NCBI GenBank assembly: GCA_036265815.1
Contig: DATAOI010000087.1
Coordinates: 6,849-70,848, forward strand
Length of the DNA: 64,000 nucleotides
From: Gemmatimonadales bacterium
GTDB lineage: Bacteria > Gemmatimonadota > Gemmatimonadetes > Gemmatimonadales > GWC2-71-9
Direction: 5' to 3'
Part shown: positions 35,425 to 45,268 of the stretch, in pieces
Numbering within the stretch: the first letter of the stretch is position 1
Layout: each line of letters opens with the position of its first letter
The notes under the pieces: generated by a model
What the model saw: the letters and a program-made list of their open reading frames with translations, nothing else
Database searches by the model: none
Told to the model about the DNA's origin: nothing
Program-made: the position numbers and the translations under genes

Positions 35425-38172
35425 ATGAGCCGCCGCTTTCCGCCTCCGCGCCCTCGATTACGCTTCCGCCTGCTGCCGACGCTGTTCGCCGCGCTGGTCG
35501 CGGGATTCTTCCTGTTCCCTGCTCTCAACCTCCTGCTCACCGACTGGTGGTGGTTCCGCGAGATCGGATACCAGATCGTCTTCACCCGGCAGCTGAGCAC
35601 CAAATGGCTGCTCTTCCTGGCCGGTGGCGGGCTGACGGCGGGCGTGCTCTACCTGAACCTGCGCGCCGCGCAGCGTGGCCTGGTGCCCGATCCGATCGTG
35701 CTCAAGTTCGGACAATCGGTCCCCCGGCTGGACATCACCGCGGCGCTTGGCCGCCTGAGCCTTCCGGTCTCGCTCGCCCTGGGCCTCCTGGCTGGGCTGA
35801 CGCTCACCTCCGCCTGGGAGGCCGCACTCGGGCTGATCTATGGCACCAGCTTCGGGACCGCCGATCCGATCTTCTCCCGCGACATCGGCTTCTACGTGTT
35901 CACGCTGCCCGCCCTGGCCATCGTCCTCGGCTGGTTGACCACGCTCGCCGTCATCTGTCTGCTCCTGCTCGCTCCCCTCTATTGGCTGCGCGGCGACGTG
36001 GTGCCCGGCCCGGGGTGGCTCCGGATCGAGCCCACGGCGGGGCTGCATCTGGCGATCGTCCTGGCGGTTCTGTTCCTCCTGACGGCGCTCCGCCTCTGGC
36101 TGGTGACGATCCCCGGCCTGCTCTATTCGACCACCGGCCCGCTGGTCGGCGCCAGCTACACCGATCTGCACGCGAGCCTGCCGGCGCTCCGGCTCTCCGC
36201 CGTCGTGGCGCTTCTCGCGGCCGCGGCCGTGCTGATCGGAGGCATGCGGCGGCAGCTGCCCCGCTACGCACTGCTGGCCATCGGTGGCTATCTCCTGGTG
36301 GGCATTGTCGGTCGGGGACTCATTCCCCAGGTGATACAGAAGCTCGTGGTGGCTCCGACCGAGCTCACCCGCGAGACGCCGTACCTCGGGCATCACATCG
36401 TCGCCACCCGGCGGGCGTGGGGTCTCGACAGCGTGGATGCCCGCGAGCTGAACGGCGAAGCCAGCCTCACGCCGGCCGACATCCGGGCCAACGCCCCCAC
36501 CATCCAGAATGTGCGGCTCTGGGACCGGGAACCGCTGCTGCTGACCTTCGGCCAGCTTCAGGAGATCCGCACCTATTACGATTTCATCTCGGTGGACGAC
36601 GACCGCTACTGGATCGACGGGAAGTACCGCCAGGTGTTGCTCTCGCCCCGGGAGCTCAATCCCGCCTCGCTGCCGACCCGGACGTTCATCAACGAGCATC
36701 TCACGTTCACTCATGGGATGGGACTTACCCTCGGTCCGGTCAACCAGGTGACCAGCGAGGGCCTGCCGGTGCTGTTCGTGAAAGACCTGCCCCCGGTCTC
36801 CACCGTGTCGCTCAAGGTCAGCCGCCCCCAGATCTATTACGGCGAGCTCGCCAACGACTTCGTCTTCGTGAACACGCGGCAGCGCGAGTTCGATCACCCG
36901 TCTGGCGAAGCAAACGTCTACGCGGTGTATCGCGGGACCGGCGGCGTCCGCATCGGCAACCTCGTCCGCCGGCTGCTCCTCGCCGCCCGATTCGGCTCCT
37001 CCAAGATCCTCTTCTCAGGCGACATCACCAGCGACAGCCGGGTGCTCTACTACCGAACCATCATGGAGCGCGCCCGGAAGGCGCTGCCGTTCCTTCGGTT
37101 CGATCGGGATCCCTATCTGGTGATCGCGGCCGACGGCACCCTCAAGTGGATCATGGACGCCTATACCGTCACCGACGGCTATCCCTACGCGCAGCCGCTG
37201 CGCGATGGCACGACCTACATGCGGAACAGCGTCAAGCTCGTGATCGACGCGTACAATGGGTCGCTCACCGCGTATGTCAGCGCCCCGACCGACCCGTTGA
37301 TCCGGACCTGGGCGCGCATCTTTCCCGGCATCTTCTCGCCGCTCGCCAGCATGCCCGCCGACCTTCGGGCGCACCTCCGCTACCCCGACGAGATCTACCG
37401 GATCCAGACCAGCCTCTATACCACCTACCACATGGACCAGCCGGAGGACTTCTATCACCGGGAGGACCAGTGGCAGATCCCGGTCGTCGCCGAGGCGCAG
37501 GAGTCGGTGCCGTTCATGCGGCACATCATCATGCGCCTGCCCGACGAGAAGGAGGCCGAGTTCATCTACATGGTGCCGTTCACGCCGCGGGGGAAGGACA
37601 ACCTGGCCGCCTGGATGGTCGCGAGGAACGACGGCGCCGCCTACGGGCGGCTCCGGGTGTACCGGCTCTCCCGGCAGAGCCTGGTGTACGGCCCGCAGCA
37701 GATCGAGAACCGGATCAACCAGGACACCGAGATCTCCCGCCAGATCTCGCTCTGGGACCAGCGCGGCTCCAAGGTGATCCGGGGAGACCTGCTGGTGATC
37801 CCGATCGAAGCGTCACTGCTCTACGTCCAGCCACTCTACCTTCAGGCGGAAGGCGGGCGGATCCCCGAGCTCAAGCGGGTGGTCGTCGCCTACCAGAATC
37901 GGGTGGTGATGCAGGAGACGCTGGACGGCGCGCTGGCCGAGCTCTTCGGCGGATCGGGGCCGCCACCGGCGCAGCCGGGACCAGTCGTGACGCCGGGCGC
38001 CGAGCCGGCCGATTCCGGGCTCCAGTCACTGGTGGCCGAGGCCCGGCGCCGGTACGAGGCGGCAGTGGAGGCACAGCGGGAGATCGACTGGGCTCGCTAC
38101 GGCGAGGAGTTCCGCCGGCTGGGCGAGCTGCTCGAGCGCCTGGGAAAGGAAGCAGCCAAATCGAAACGCTAG
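35425..38172 (+). CDS. UPF0182-family large membrane protein
   Basis: The start is MSRRFPPPRPR. LLTDWWWFREIGY is followed by about 7 TM helices and a large soluble domain (LYVQPLYLQAEGGRIPELKRVVV). Confidence 0.85.
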   Translation: MSRRFPPPRPRLRFRLLPTLFAALVAGFFLFPALNLLLTDWWWFREIGYQIVFTRQLSTKWLLFLAGGGLTAGVLYLNLRAAQRGLVPDPIVLKFGQSVPRLDITAALGRLSLPVSLALGLLAGLTLTSAWEAALGLIYGTSFGTADPIFSRDIGFYVFTLPALAIVLGWLTTLAVICLLLLAPLYWLRGDVVPGPGWLRIEPTAGLHLAIVLAVLFLLTALRLWLVTIPGLLYSTTGPLVGASYTDLHASLPALRLSAVVALLAAAAVLIGGMRRQLPRYALLAIGGYLLVGIVGRGLIPQVIQKLVVAPTELTRETPYLGHHIVATRRAWGLDSVDARELNGEASLTPADIRANAPTIQNVRLWDREPLLLTFGQLQEIRTYYDFISVDDDRYWIDGKYRQVLLSPRELNPASLPTRTFINEHLTFTHGMGLTLGPVNQVTSEGLPVLFVKDLPPVSTVSLKVSRPQIYYGELANDFVFVNTRQREFDHPSGEANVYAVYRGTGGVRIGNLVRRLLLAARFGSSKILFSGDITSDSRVLYYRTIMERARKALPFLRFDRDPYLVIAADGTLKWIMDAYTVTDGYPYAQPLRDGTTYMRNSVKLVIDAYNGSLTAYVSAPTDPLIRTWARIFPGIFSPLASMPADLRAHLRYPDEIYRIQTSLYTTYHMDQPEDFYHREDQWQIPVVAEAQESVPFMRHIIMRLPDEKEAEFIYMVPFTPRGKDNLAAWMVARNDGAAYGRLRVYRLSRQSLVYGPQQIENRINQDTEISRQISLWDQRGSKVIRGDLLVIPIEASLLYVQPLYLQAEGGRIPELKRVVVAYQNRVVMQETLDGALAELFGGSGPPPAQPGPVVTPGAEPADSGLQSLVAEARRRYEAAVEAQREIDWARYGEEFRRLGELLERLGKEAAKSKR

Positions 38173-38233
38173 GCTGGTCGCCTTTCCATCCTGTTCTCGA
38201 TATCCTTCCGTAGACTCGACCACATACCCTCGA

Positions 38234-40858
38234 ATGGCGTCCGTCCAAGAACGTCTCGCTGCGGCTCTCGCCGATCGATACCGGCTCGAACGGGGGCCGG
38301 ACGGTGAGCTGTCCCTGTTGGGTCGGGGCGGCACCGCCACGGTGTACCTCGCGCACGACCTCCGGCACGACCGTCACGTGGCGCTCAAGGTCGTGCATCC
38401 GGAGCTCGCCGTCTCGGTCGGAGCGGAGCGGTTCCTCCGGGAGATCCGCTTCGTCGCCCGGCTCTCCCATCCACATATCCTGCCGCTCTTCGATTCCGGT
38501 GAGGCCGACGGCCTGTTGTACTACGTCATGCCTTACCTCCAGGGCGAGTCCCTGCGCCGGCGGCTGCGCGAGGGACCGCTTCCCCTCCAGGTGGCCATAC
38601 GGATTACCCGCGAGGTCGCGATGGCCCTGGATCATGCCCATCGCCAGGGGGTGATCCACCGCGACATCAAGCCGGAGAACATCTTGTTCGAGGACGATCA
38701 GGCGGTCGTCGCCGACTTCGGCATCGCCACGGCGGTGGAAGTCGCCGGGGGAGATCGGCTCACCGAGTCCGGGCGGGCCATCGGGACGCCGGCCTACATG
38801 AGCCCGGAACAGGCGGGGGGCGAGGATGCCCAGGACGGCAGAAGCGACATCTATAGCCTGGGATGCGTGCTCTACGAGATGCTTGGAGGCCAGCCACCGT
38901 TCACCGGTGCTACGGCACAGGCGGTCATGGCCCAGCAGGTGATGGCGCCGCTGCCGCCGCTCCGGTCCCGCCGACCGGAAGTGCCGGAATCGGTAGCTCA
39001 GGTACTGGCCCGGGCGCTGGCCAAGGAGCCACGGGATCGCTTCGCCACGGCGGCGGAGTTCAGCGCCGCGCTGGAAAGCGCTCTGTCGACCACTCGGCCA
39101 GCCGCTGGCCGGTCACGCCACCGGGCCGCACTCCTGACAGCCGGGGCAGTCACCGGGGCGGCCCTCATGCTCGCCCTCGGCCTGGCGAACCGGGGTGAGA
39201 AACCAGACGAGACACCGTCCATCGTCGTGCTGCCATTCCAGAACCTGGGCGCGGCGGAAGACCGCTACTTCACCGATGGCATCACCGAGGAGATCACCAG
39301 CCGGCTGGCCATGCTCCCCAGCCTCGGCGTCATCTCCCGGACCAGCGCCGAGCAGTATCGGGCCAGTCCAAAGCCGGTGAAAAAGATCGGGCGGGAGCTC
39401 GGCGCCGAGTACGTCCTCGAGGGCAGTGTGCGATGGGAGAAGTCCCCCGGAGGGACCAGCCGGGTGCGGGTCACCCCGCAGCTCATCCGGGTATCGGACG
39501 ACCGGCACCTCTGGGCCGGGCGCTACGACGAGACGCTCGAGGAGGTCTTCGACGTGCAGTCCAGGATCGCGGAGCAGGTCGCGACCGCCCTGGACCTGGC
39601 ACTGCGTGAGCCGGACCGCCAGGCCATCGCCTCGCGACCCACCGCGAATCTCCAGGCCTACGACCTGTACCTTCGGGGAAACGATTATTTCACCCGTGCC
39701 GCCGATCCCGAAGGGCTTCGCACGGCCGAGCAGATGTACACCAGGGCCACCGAGCTGGATCCCCGCTTCGCGCTGGCCTTCGCCCGGCTGGCCCGGACCC
39801 ACATCTGGCAATTCCAGCTCCTCGCGGACCGGACCCCTGAGCGTCTGGCCAAGGCTCGGAGCGCCGTCGATTCCGCGCTCGGGCTCGCGCCCCGTTTGCC
39901 GGAGGCGCACCTCGCGCTGGGACAGATCCACTACTGGGGCGAGCTCGATTATCAGCAGGCGCTCCGGGAATTCCGGATCGCCCAGGCGGGCGACCCTGGG
40001 AACGGCGACCTCGCCTGGGCGCGAGGACTGGTCGAGCGGCGCCTGGGCCAGTGGGACCAGGCGATCGCGGACCTGCGGCGTGCCGTCGACCTCGACCCGA
40101 GATCACTGGTCAAGAACCTCGACCTGTTCGAGGTGTACCTGCGCCGGCGGGAGTATCGGCAGGCGGGGCGCTACATCGACCGAGCCCTCGAGCTGGAGCC
40201 GGACTCGCCGGTCTATTTCTACAAGGCCATTCTGGTCCTCGCGCGGGACGGAAATCTCGACGCGGCCGCCGGGGTCTTGAAGGAGGGGATCCGTCGGGTC
40301 GGAATGGACGCAGTGGTCTACTGGGCTCCGCAGTCCGACGCCGGCGCAATGCTCTGGCGGAGCCTGGACAGCACGGCCCAGGCGGCCGTCGAGCGTCTCT
40401 CCATCGACCGCTTCGGCACCGATTCCGGGGGCTACTATCTCGTCAAGGCCAGGGCGCACCGGTACCGGGGCGATCTCGCGACCGGGCGGATCTACTTCGA
40501 TTCCGCGGCGGCGGTCCTGGAGGGCAGGAGCCGGGTTCGACCGGACGATCCCTCGCTTCACGCGGCGCTCGCCCTCGCCTACGCGGGCGGAGGGCGCCGG
40601 GGAGAAGCCGTTCGGGAGGGCCTGCAGGCCGTGGAGCTTCGGCCACCCTCGAAGGACAGCTGGTATGGGGTGGACATGCTGCACAACCTGGCGGTGGTGT
40701 ACGCCATCCTGGGCGAGGCCGAGCCGGCAGTGAAGCAGCTCCGAGTGCTGCTCGCGGTGCCCTCCTGGATCTCGGTTCCCTGGCTCCGGGCTGACCCGAC
40801 GTGGGATGCCATCCGTGGGCATCCGGAGTTCCAGGCGCTGGTGAAGCGGGGCACGTGA
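38234..40858 (+). CDS. Ser/Thr protein kinase with TM segment and C-terminal TolB-N-like/TPR region
   Basis: GRGGTATVYLA, VALKV, HRDIKPENILF, DFGIA and GTPAYMSPEQ. A TM helix (LLTAGAVTGAALMLALGLA) and TPR-like repeats follow. Confidence 0.9.
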   Translation: MASVQERLAAALADRYRLERGPDGELSLLGRGGTATVYLAHDLRHDRHVALKVVHPELAVSVGAERFLREIRFVARLSHPHILPLFDSGEADGLLYYVMPYLQGESLRRRLREGPLPLQVAIRITREVAMALDHAHRQGVIHRDIKPENILFEDDQAVVADFGIATAVEVAGGDRLTESGRAIGTPAYMSPEQAGGEDAQDGRSDIYSLGCVLYEMLGGQPPFTGATAQAVMAQQVMAPLPPLRSRRPEVPESVAQVLARALAKEPRDRFATAAEFSAALESALSTTRPAAGRSRHRAALLTAGAVTGAALMLALGLANRGEKPDETPSIVVLPFQNLGAAEDRYFTDGITEEITSRLAMLPSLGVISRTSAEQYRASPKPVKKIGRELGAEYVLEGSVRWEKSPGGTSRVRVTPQLIRVSDDRHLWAGRYDETLEEVFDVQSRIAEQVATALDLALREPDRQAIASRPTANLQAYDLYLRGNDYFTRAADPEGLRTAEQMYTRATELDPRFALAFARLARTHIWQFQLLADRTPERLAKARSAVDSALGLAPRLPEAHLALGQIHYWGELDYQQALREFRIAQAGDPGNGDLAWARGLVERRLGQWDQAIADLRRAVDLDPRSLVKNLDLFEVYLRRREYRQAGRYIDRALELEPDSPVYFYKAILVLARDGNLDAAAGVLKEGIRRVGMDAVVYWAPQSDAGAMLWRSLDSTAQAAVERLSIDRFGTDSGGYYLVKARAHRYRGDLATGRIYFDSAAAVLEGRSRVRPDDPSLHAALALAYAGGGRRGEAVREGLQAVELRPPSKDSWYGVDMLHNLAVVYAILGEAEPAVKQLRVLLAVPSWISVPWLRADPTWDAIRGHPEFQALVKRGT

Positions 40859-40877
40859 GCGGACACATAATACAGTC

Positions 40878-40906
40878 TTGACAAGAATTGTTGTCCGTGA
40901 CATGTT
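40878..40906 (+). promoter_or_regulatory. Candidate promoter/operator of the ArsR-like gene
   Basis: TTGACA (40878-40883), a 17-nt spacer, then the weak -10 CATGTT. The ATG lies 6 nt further on. The inverted repeat GACAAG-AATT-GTTGTC (40880-40895) overlaps the -35 and spacer. Confidence 0.3.
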
Positions 40907-40912
40907 CGCTCC

Positions 40913-41509
40913 ATGATGCCGACGCCCTCCCTCCATGTCATCCACCGAGCCGACTCCGCCGCCGTGGTGCTCGACCCCATCCGGCAGCGGCTGCTCGGCG
41001 CACTGAGCCAGCCCGATTCGGCCGCCGGACTCGCCCGCCGGCTGCGGCTCCCCCGCCAGAAGATCAACTACCACCTCCGGGCCCTCGAGGCCGCCGGCGT
41101 GGTCGAGCTGGTCGAGGAGCGCCGCAAGGGGAACTGCATCGAGCGAGTGGTCCGCGCCACCGCGCGGTCGTTCATGATCAGCCCGGAGGCCCTCGGGGCC
41201 CTCGGACCCACCGCGGAAACGGCGAGCGATCGTCTCAGCGCGGCGTACCTCATGTCCGCCGCCGGGCGGACCATCCGGGATGTCGCCTCGCTCGACGCAC
41301 GCGCGCGGAAAGAAGGTAGGCGGATCGCCACCCTCACCCTCGAAACGGATGTGCGCTTCGCCAGCGCGGCCTCCCGGGCCGCCTTTGCCGAGGAGTTGGC
41401 GGACACGCTGGCCCGCCTCGCGGCCAAGTACCACGACGATCGGGCCACCGGGGGCCGGGAATTCCGGCTGCTCGCGACCGTTCATCCGACGCCCAAAGAT
41501 CGACCATGA
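40913..41509 (+). CDS. ArsR/SmtB-family (winged HTH) transcriptional regulator with C-terminal extension
   Basis: VLDPIRQRLLGALSQP.SAAGLARRLRLPRQKINYHLRALEAAGVVE. Confidence 0.8.
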   Translation: MMPTPSLHVIHRADSAAVVLDPIRQRLLGALSQPDSAAGLARRLRLPRQKINYHLRALEAAGVVELVEERRKGNCIERVVRATARSFMISPEALGALGPTAETASDRLSAAYLMSAAGRTIRDVASLDARARKEGRRIATLTLETDVRFASAASRAAFAEELADTLARLAAKYHDDRATGGREFRLLATVHPTPKDRP

Positions 41510-42372
41510 AGGAGACGACCATGGAGAAGACCGCGACTGAAGCGGAGCAGCGGCGCGCGTTCGAGATGTCGCTCGACATCGATGCGTCGCGAGAGGACGT
41601 GTGGCGGGCGCTGACCGAGGCGGAGGAGCTGGTGCGATGGTTCCCGCTCGAGGCTCGTGTCACGCCGGGCGAGGGCGGCTCCATGATGTGGTCATGGGGA
41701 GAAGGTTGGGAGTGGGAGACGCGGATCGACGCCTGGGAGCCGGGGCGGCTCTTGCGCCTGGTACAGGAGGATGCGCGGCCGTACGACTCGCAGGGCCGCC
41801 CGCTGCCGCCAGGCGAGGCCGAGCCGGCGCGAATCGCGATGGAGTTCACCTTGGAGACGCATCAGGGGAACACCCGGCTCAGGCTGGTGCACTCGGGGTT
41901 CGGCCACGGGTCCGCGTGGGAGAACGAGCTGGAAGGAATCACCGAAGGCTGGCAGGCCGAGCTCCGGGGCCTCCGGCATTACCTGGCGCATCACCGGGGG
42001 AAGGGCCGCCACGCGGGGCGCGCATGGCTCACCACATCGACGCCCCGGGAGGCCGCGTGGGTCAGGCTGCTCGGCCCCGGCGGATTCCCGGTGATGCCGG
42101 CCGAGCCGAGGGAGGGCGAGCCATACGAGGTGGTGGCGCCCGGCGGGCAGCGGTTCAGCGGCACCGTCGAGCTCCATCTGCCGGGCCAGACCCTGGCGGG
42201 CACGGTCCGCGAGCTGGAGGGCGGCTGGTTCCGGCTGCTCACCTGGAGGGAGGCCTCCGGGAGCACCGGCGTGTGGGCGTGGATCTCGACCTACTCGGGA
42301 GACGAAGCACCGGTGCGGCAGTTCAAGCAGCGGGCGCAGGCAGCGCTGGAACGGCTTTTTCCTGAGCGGTAA
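41506..42372 (+). CDS. SRPBCC/AHSA1-like domain protein (two START-like halves)
   Basis: DIDASREDVWRALTEAEELVRWFP...GGSMMWSWGEGWEWETRIDAWEPGRLLRL. An ATGA overlap links it to the ArsR-like gene, a common pairing. Confidence 0.75.
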   Translation: MKETTMEKTATEAEQRRAFEMSLDIDASREDVWRALTEAEELVRWFPLEARVTPGEGGSMMWSWGEGWEWETRIDAWEPGRLLRLVQEDARPYDSQGRPLPPGEAEPARIAMEFTLETHQGNTRLRLVHSGFGHGSAWENELEGITEGWQAELRGLRHYLAHHRGKGRHAGRAWLTTSTPREAAWVRLLGPGGFPVMPAEPREGEPYEVVAPGGQRFSGTVELHLPGQTLAGTVRELEGGWFRLLTWREASGSTGVWAWISTYSGDEAPVRQFKQRAQAALERLFPER

Positions 42373-42394
42373 GCCTACCGGCGGCGGCTCGACC

Positions 42395-42985
42395 GTGCAG
42401 ATTTCCGGCATGACGCTCGAGCTCATCATCGGCATCATCATCCCGACGCTCTGGATCGCCTGGCTCGTGTACTGGTGGTACAGTGCCCGGAATGTGAAGC
42501 CAACCCGCGTGCGGGAGCCGCTGCACTCGCAGCTGCAGCATCGCGTTCCGCTCATGCTCGCCGCCTTTCTCCTGGCCGCACCACGCTGGGTGCCCGGGGT
42601 GCTCACCAGGCGATTTCTCCCCGCGGGTCCCGTCTTCCCCATTCTGGGCACGATCATGCTGGCGGCCGGCTTAGGGTTCTCGGTCTGGGCCCGCCGGCAC
42701 CTCGGCCGCAACTGGAGCGCGCAGGTGGTGGTGAAGGAGGACCATGCGCTGGTCCGCAGCGGTCCGTACCGGTACCTGCGCCACCCGATCTACACCGGCC
42801 TCCTGCTGGCCTTTCTGGGCATGGTGGTGACTATCGGGGAATTGAGGGCCATCCTGGCCTTCGCGTTCGCGCTGCTCGCCTTCGCGCGGAAGAGCCGGGC
42901 GGAGGAAGACCGGATGCGGGAGACGTTCCCGGAGTACGAGCGGTATCGGCAGGACACGGCGGCGCTGATCCCGTTCGTTTACTGA
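42395..42985 (+). CDS. Isoprenylcysteine carboxyl methyltransferase (ICMT)-family membrane methyltransferase
   Basis: TM helices, then LVRSGPYRYLRHPIYTGLLLAFLG and EEDRMRETFPEYERYRQ. Confidence 0.8.
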   Translation: MQISGMTLELIIGIIIPTLWIAWLVYWWYSARNVKPTRVREPLHSQLQHRVPLMLAAFLLAAPRWVPGVLTRRFLPAGPVFPILGTIMLAAGLGFSVWARRHLGRNWSAQVVVKEDHALVRSGPYRYLRHPIYTGLLLAFLGMVVTIGELRAILAFAFALLAFARKSRAEEDRMRETFPEYERYRQDTAALIPFVY

Positions 42986-43030
42986 CGCGCCGGCCCGGGG
43001 GCGAGGCTCAAGCCGGGATTAGATTCTCTC

Positions 43031-45178
43031 GTGATGCCTCCCCTCTGCTACCGCGCTCTGCTGGCTTTCGCGATTGGTCTCGTACCGGCGCGGGCTGCCG
43101 CCCAGCACCGCCCCTGCGACACTCCCGATTCATTGGGGCCGAGTCGCGATCTCTACTGCATGGAGCTGGTGCCGGTGCCCGGGATGGACGGTGTCTCCGG
43201 CCGGGTCGAGCTCGGCTATCTGCCGGGCCCCTTCACGATAGCGGTGAGCTCCACCGGCCAGCTCCGCTACCGCCCGATCATCTACCTGGCCGGACTCCCG
43301 GCACCCGCGTCGCTCGGCAGCTACCGGACCTATGTCGCCTGGGTCTCGCCACCCACCATGTACCCGGCCATCAAGCTCGGAGCGGTGCGGAACGGCAGCA
43401 GCGTCCTTCCCCCGGTGGAGCTGGAGAAGTTCGTCGTCCTCGTCACCGCCGAATCGAGTACCCGGGTGAAGCAGCCGAGCGGCCCAATGGTGCTCCGGGG
43501 GCAATCACCCAGCACCCGTCTCTTCCCGCCCGACCTGCTGACCTTCTCCATCGGCTCTGCGCCGGTCCAGCCGGGCGCCGATCACCACGGCCATCACGAG
43601 ATGCCGGGCGATTCCGGCGGGGTCCGCTGGAGCTCGATCCCGATGCCTCCCGGTCTCACGATGCTTCCCGCCGAGATGACGCTCCGCCCGGATGCGAGGG
43701 CGTACCTTCCGGAGGCGGAAGCGCCCCTCGCGCGCCCGAGTGAGGTCGTCCACCTCGAACCTGGCGACACCCTCCGGCTCGAGGCTGCGCTGGTACGCCG
43801 GACTCTCCTGGGACGAAGCACCACGATGTATGCCTTCAACGGACAGCAGCCGGGCCCGTTGATCGAGGTGCGCCGCGGATCCGAGATCACCGTGGCGTTC
43901 ACCAACCATCTCCCGCAACCGACGACGGTGCACTGGCACGGCATCCGCCTGGACAGCCGGAACGACGGTGTGCCCGGCATGACCCAGCCGGCGGTTCCTC
44001 CCGGCGGCCAGTTCAGCTACCGGCTCCGCTTTCCCGACGCGGGGATGTACTGGTATCACCCGCACGTTCGGGAGGATGTCCAGCAGGAGCTCGGCCTCTA
44101 CGGCAACCTGCGGGTGCGGTCACCCGGGGACGGAGAATACGGGCCGGCCAATCGCGAAGCCGTGCTGATGCTCGACGACCTGCTGATCGGCGACGACGGG
44201 CTGGTGCCGCTCGGCGCGGAGTCGCCCACCCACGCCCTGATGGGAAGGTTCGGCAACACGCTGCTGGTGAACGGGGAGCCGCACTATCACCTCGCGGTGA
44301 AGCGCGGCGAAGTGGTCCGATTCTTCTTCACCAACGCGGCGAGCACACGGGCATTCAACATCTCCTTCCCCGGCGCCCGGATGAAGGTGGTGGCATCGGA
44401 CGCCGGCCCCTACGAGCGCGAAGCGTGGGTCGAGAGCGTGGTGATCGGGCCGGCGGAGCGCTACGTGGTCCAGGTGCGGTTCGAGCGCACTGGAAGAGTG
44501 GCGCTGGTGAACCGGGTACGGGGGCTCGACCATCTCTACGGCCGCTTCTTCCGCGAGGCCGACACCCTCGGCGTGGTGCAGGTCTCACCTGGCCGGGTCG
44601 GCCGCGATCTGGAGCGCAGCTTTGCCGCTTTGCGACGCGATACCGTCAGGGCCTCGGAGATGGAGCGCTATCGGCGCGCGGCGGCGGGCGCTCCCGAGAA
44701 GATCCTGATCCTCACCCTCGAGACCCACGACCTGCCATCCGTCACCCGGCGACTGATGCAGCTCGACTCCATCTATTTCGCCCCGGTGGAGTGGAGCGGG
44801 ACGATGCCGATGATGAACTGGGCATCGACCGGCCGGCAGGTGCGCTGGATCCTCCGCGACCCCGCCACTGGCCGGGAGAACATGGATATCGACTGGCGCT
44901 TCCGCCGGGGCGAGCCGGTCAGGATCCGGCTGGTCAACCGGCGGGAGAGCTTCCACGCGATGCAGCACCCCATCCACCTGCATGGTCAGCGGTTTCTGGT
45001 GCTGGCCGTGAACGGCGTGCCGAACGAGAACCTGGTCTGGAAGGACACCGTGATGGTTCCGGCGGGGGCCACGGTGGAGATCCTGCTGGATCCGGCGAAT
45101 CCGGGCCGATGGATGCTGCACTGTCACATCGCGGAGCATCTCTCGGCGGGAATGATGGCGGGGTTTACGGTGGAGTAG
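43031..45178 (+). CDS. Multicopper oxidase with ~190-aa N-terminal extension
   Basis: Copper sites: HWHGIRL, WYHPHV, HPIHLHGQRF and LHCHIAEHLSAGMM. Signal peptide present. A His-rich linker DHHGHHEMP lies at about 43580-43600. Confidence 0.85.
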   Translation: MMPPLCYRALLAFAIGLVPARAAAQHRPCDTPDSLGPSRDLYCMELVPVPGMDGVSGRVELGYLPGPFTIAVSSTGQLRYRPIIYLAGLPAPASLGSYRTYVAWVSPPTMYPAIKLGAVRNGSSVLPPVELEKFVVLVTAESSTRVKQPSGPMVLRGQSPSTRLFPPDLLTFSIGSAPVQPGADHHGHHEMPGDSGGVRWSSIPMPPGLTMLPAEMTLRPDARAYLPEAEAPLARPSEVVHLEPGDTLRLEAALVRRTLLGRSTTMYAFNGQQPGPLIEVRRGSEITVAFTNHLPQPTTVHWHGIRLDSRNDGVPGMTQPAVPPGGQFSYRLRFPDAGMYWYHPHVREDVQQELGLYGNLRVRSPGDGEYGPANREAVLMLDDLLIGDDGLVPLGAESPTHALMGRFGNTLLVNGEPHYHLAVKRGEVVRFFFTNAASTRAFNISFPGARMKVVASDAGPYEREAWVESVVIGPAERYVVQVRFERTGRVALVNRVRGLDHLYGRFFREADTLGVVQVSPGRVGRDLERSFAALRRDTVRASEMERYRRAAAGAPEKILILTLETHDLPSVTRRLMQLDSIYFAPVEWSGTMPMMNWASTGRQVRWILRDPATGRENMDIDWRFRRGEPVRIRLVNRRESFHAMQHPIHLHGQRFLVLAVNGVPNENLVWKDTVMVPAGATVEILLDPANPGRWMLHCHIAEHLSAGMMAGFTVE

Positions 45179-45268
45179 CGGGATTCCGAACTTGACCGGA
45201 TGCACCCACCGGCGCAGGTTGTGCCGGATGCCGGCTCGAACGGCAGCTCGCGACACCACACCAAGGAC

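Noticed and set aside
35547-38213. 888-aa + strand ORF, plus the 35458..36897 (-) ORF
   Set aside because: They are alternate or antisense frames of the UPF0182 gene. The UPF0182 frame has clear TM helices and the TDWWWFREIGY signature, whereas these frames are Arg/Pro/Gly-rich.
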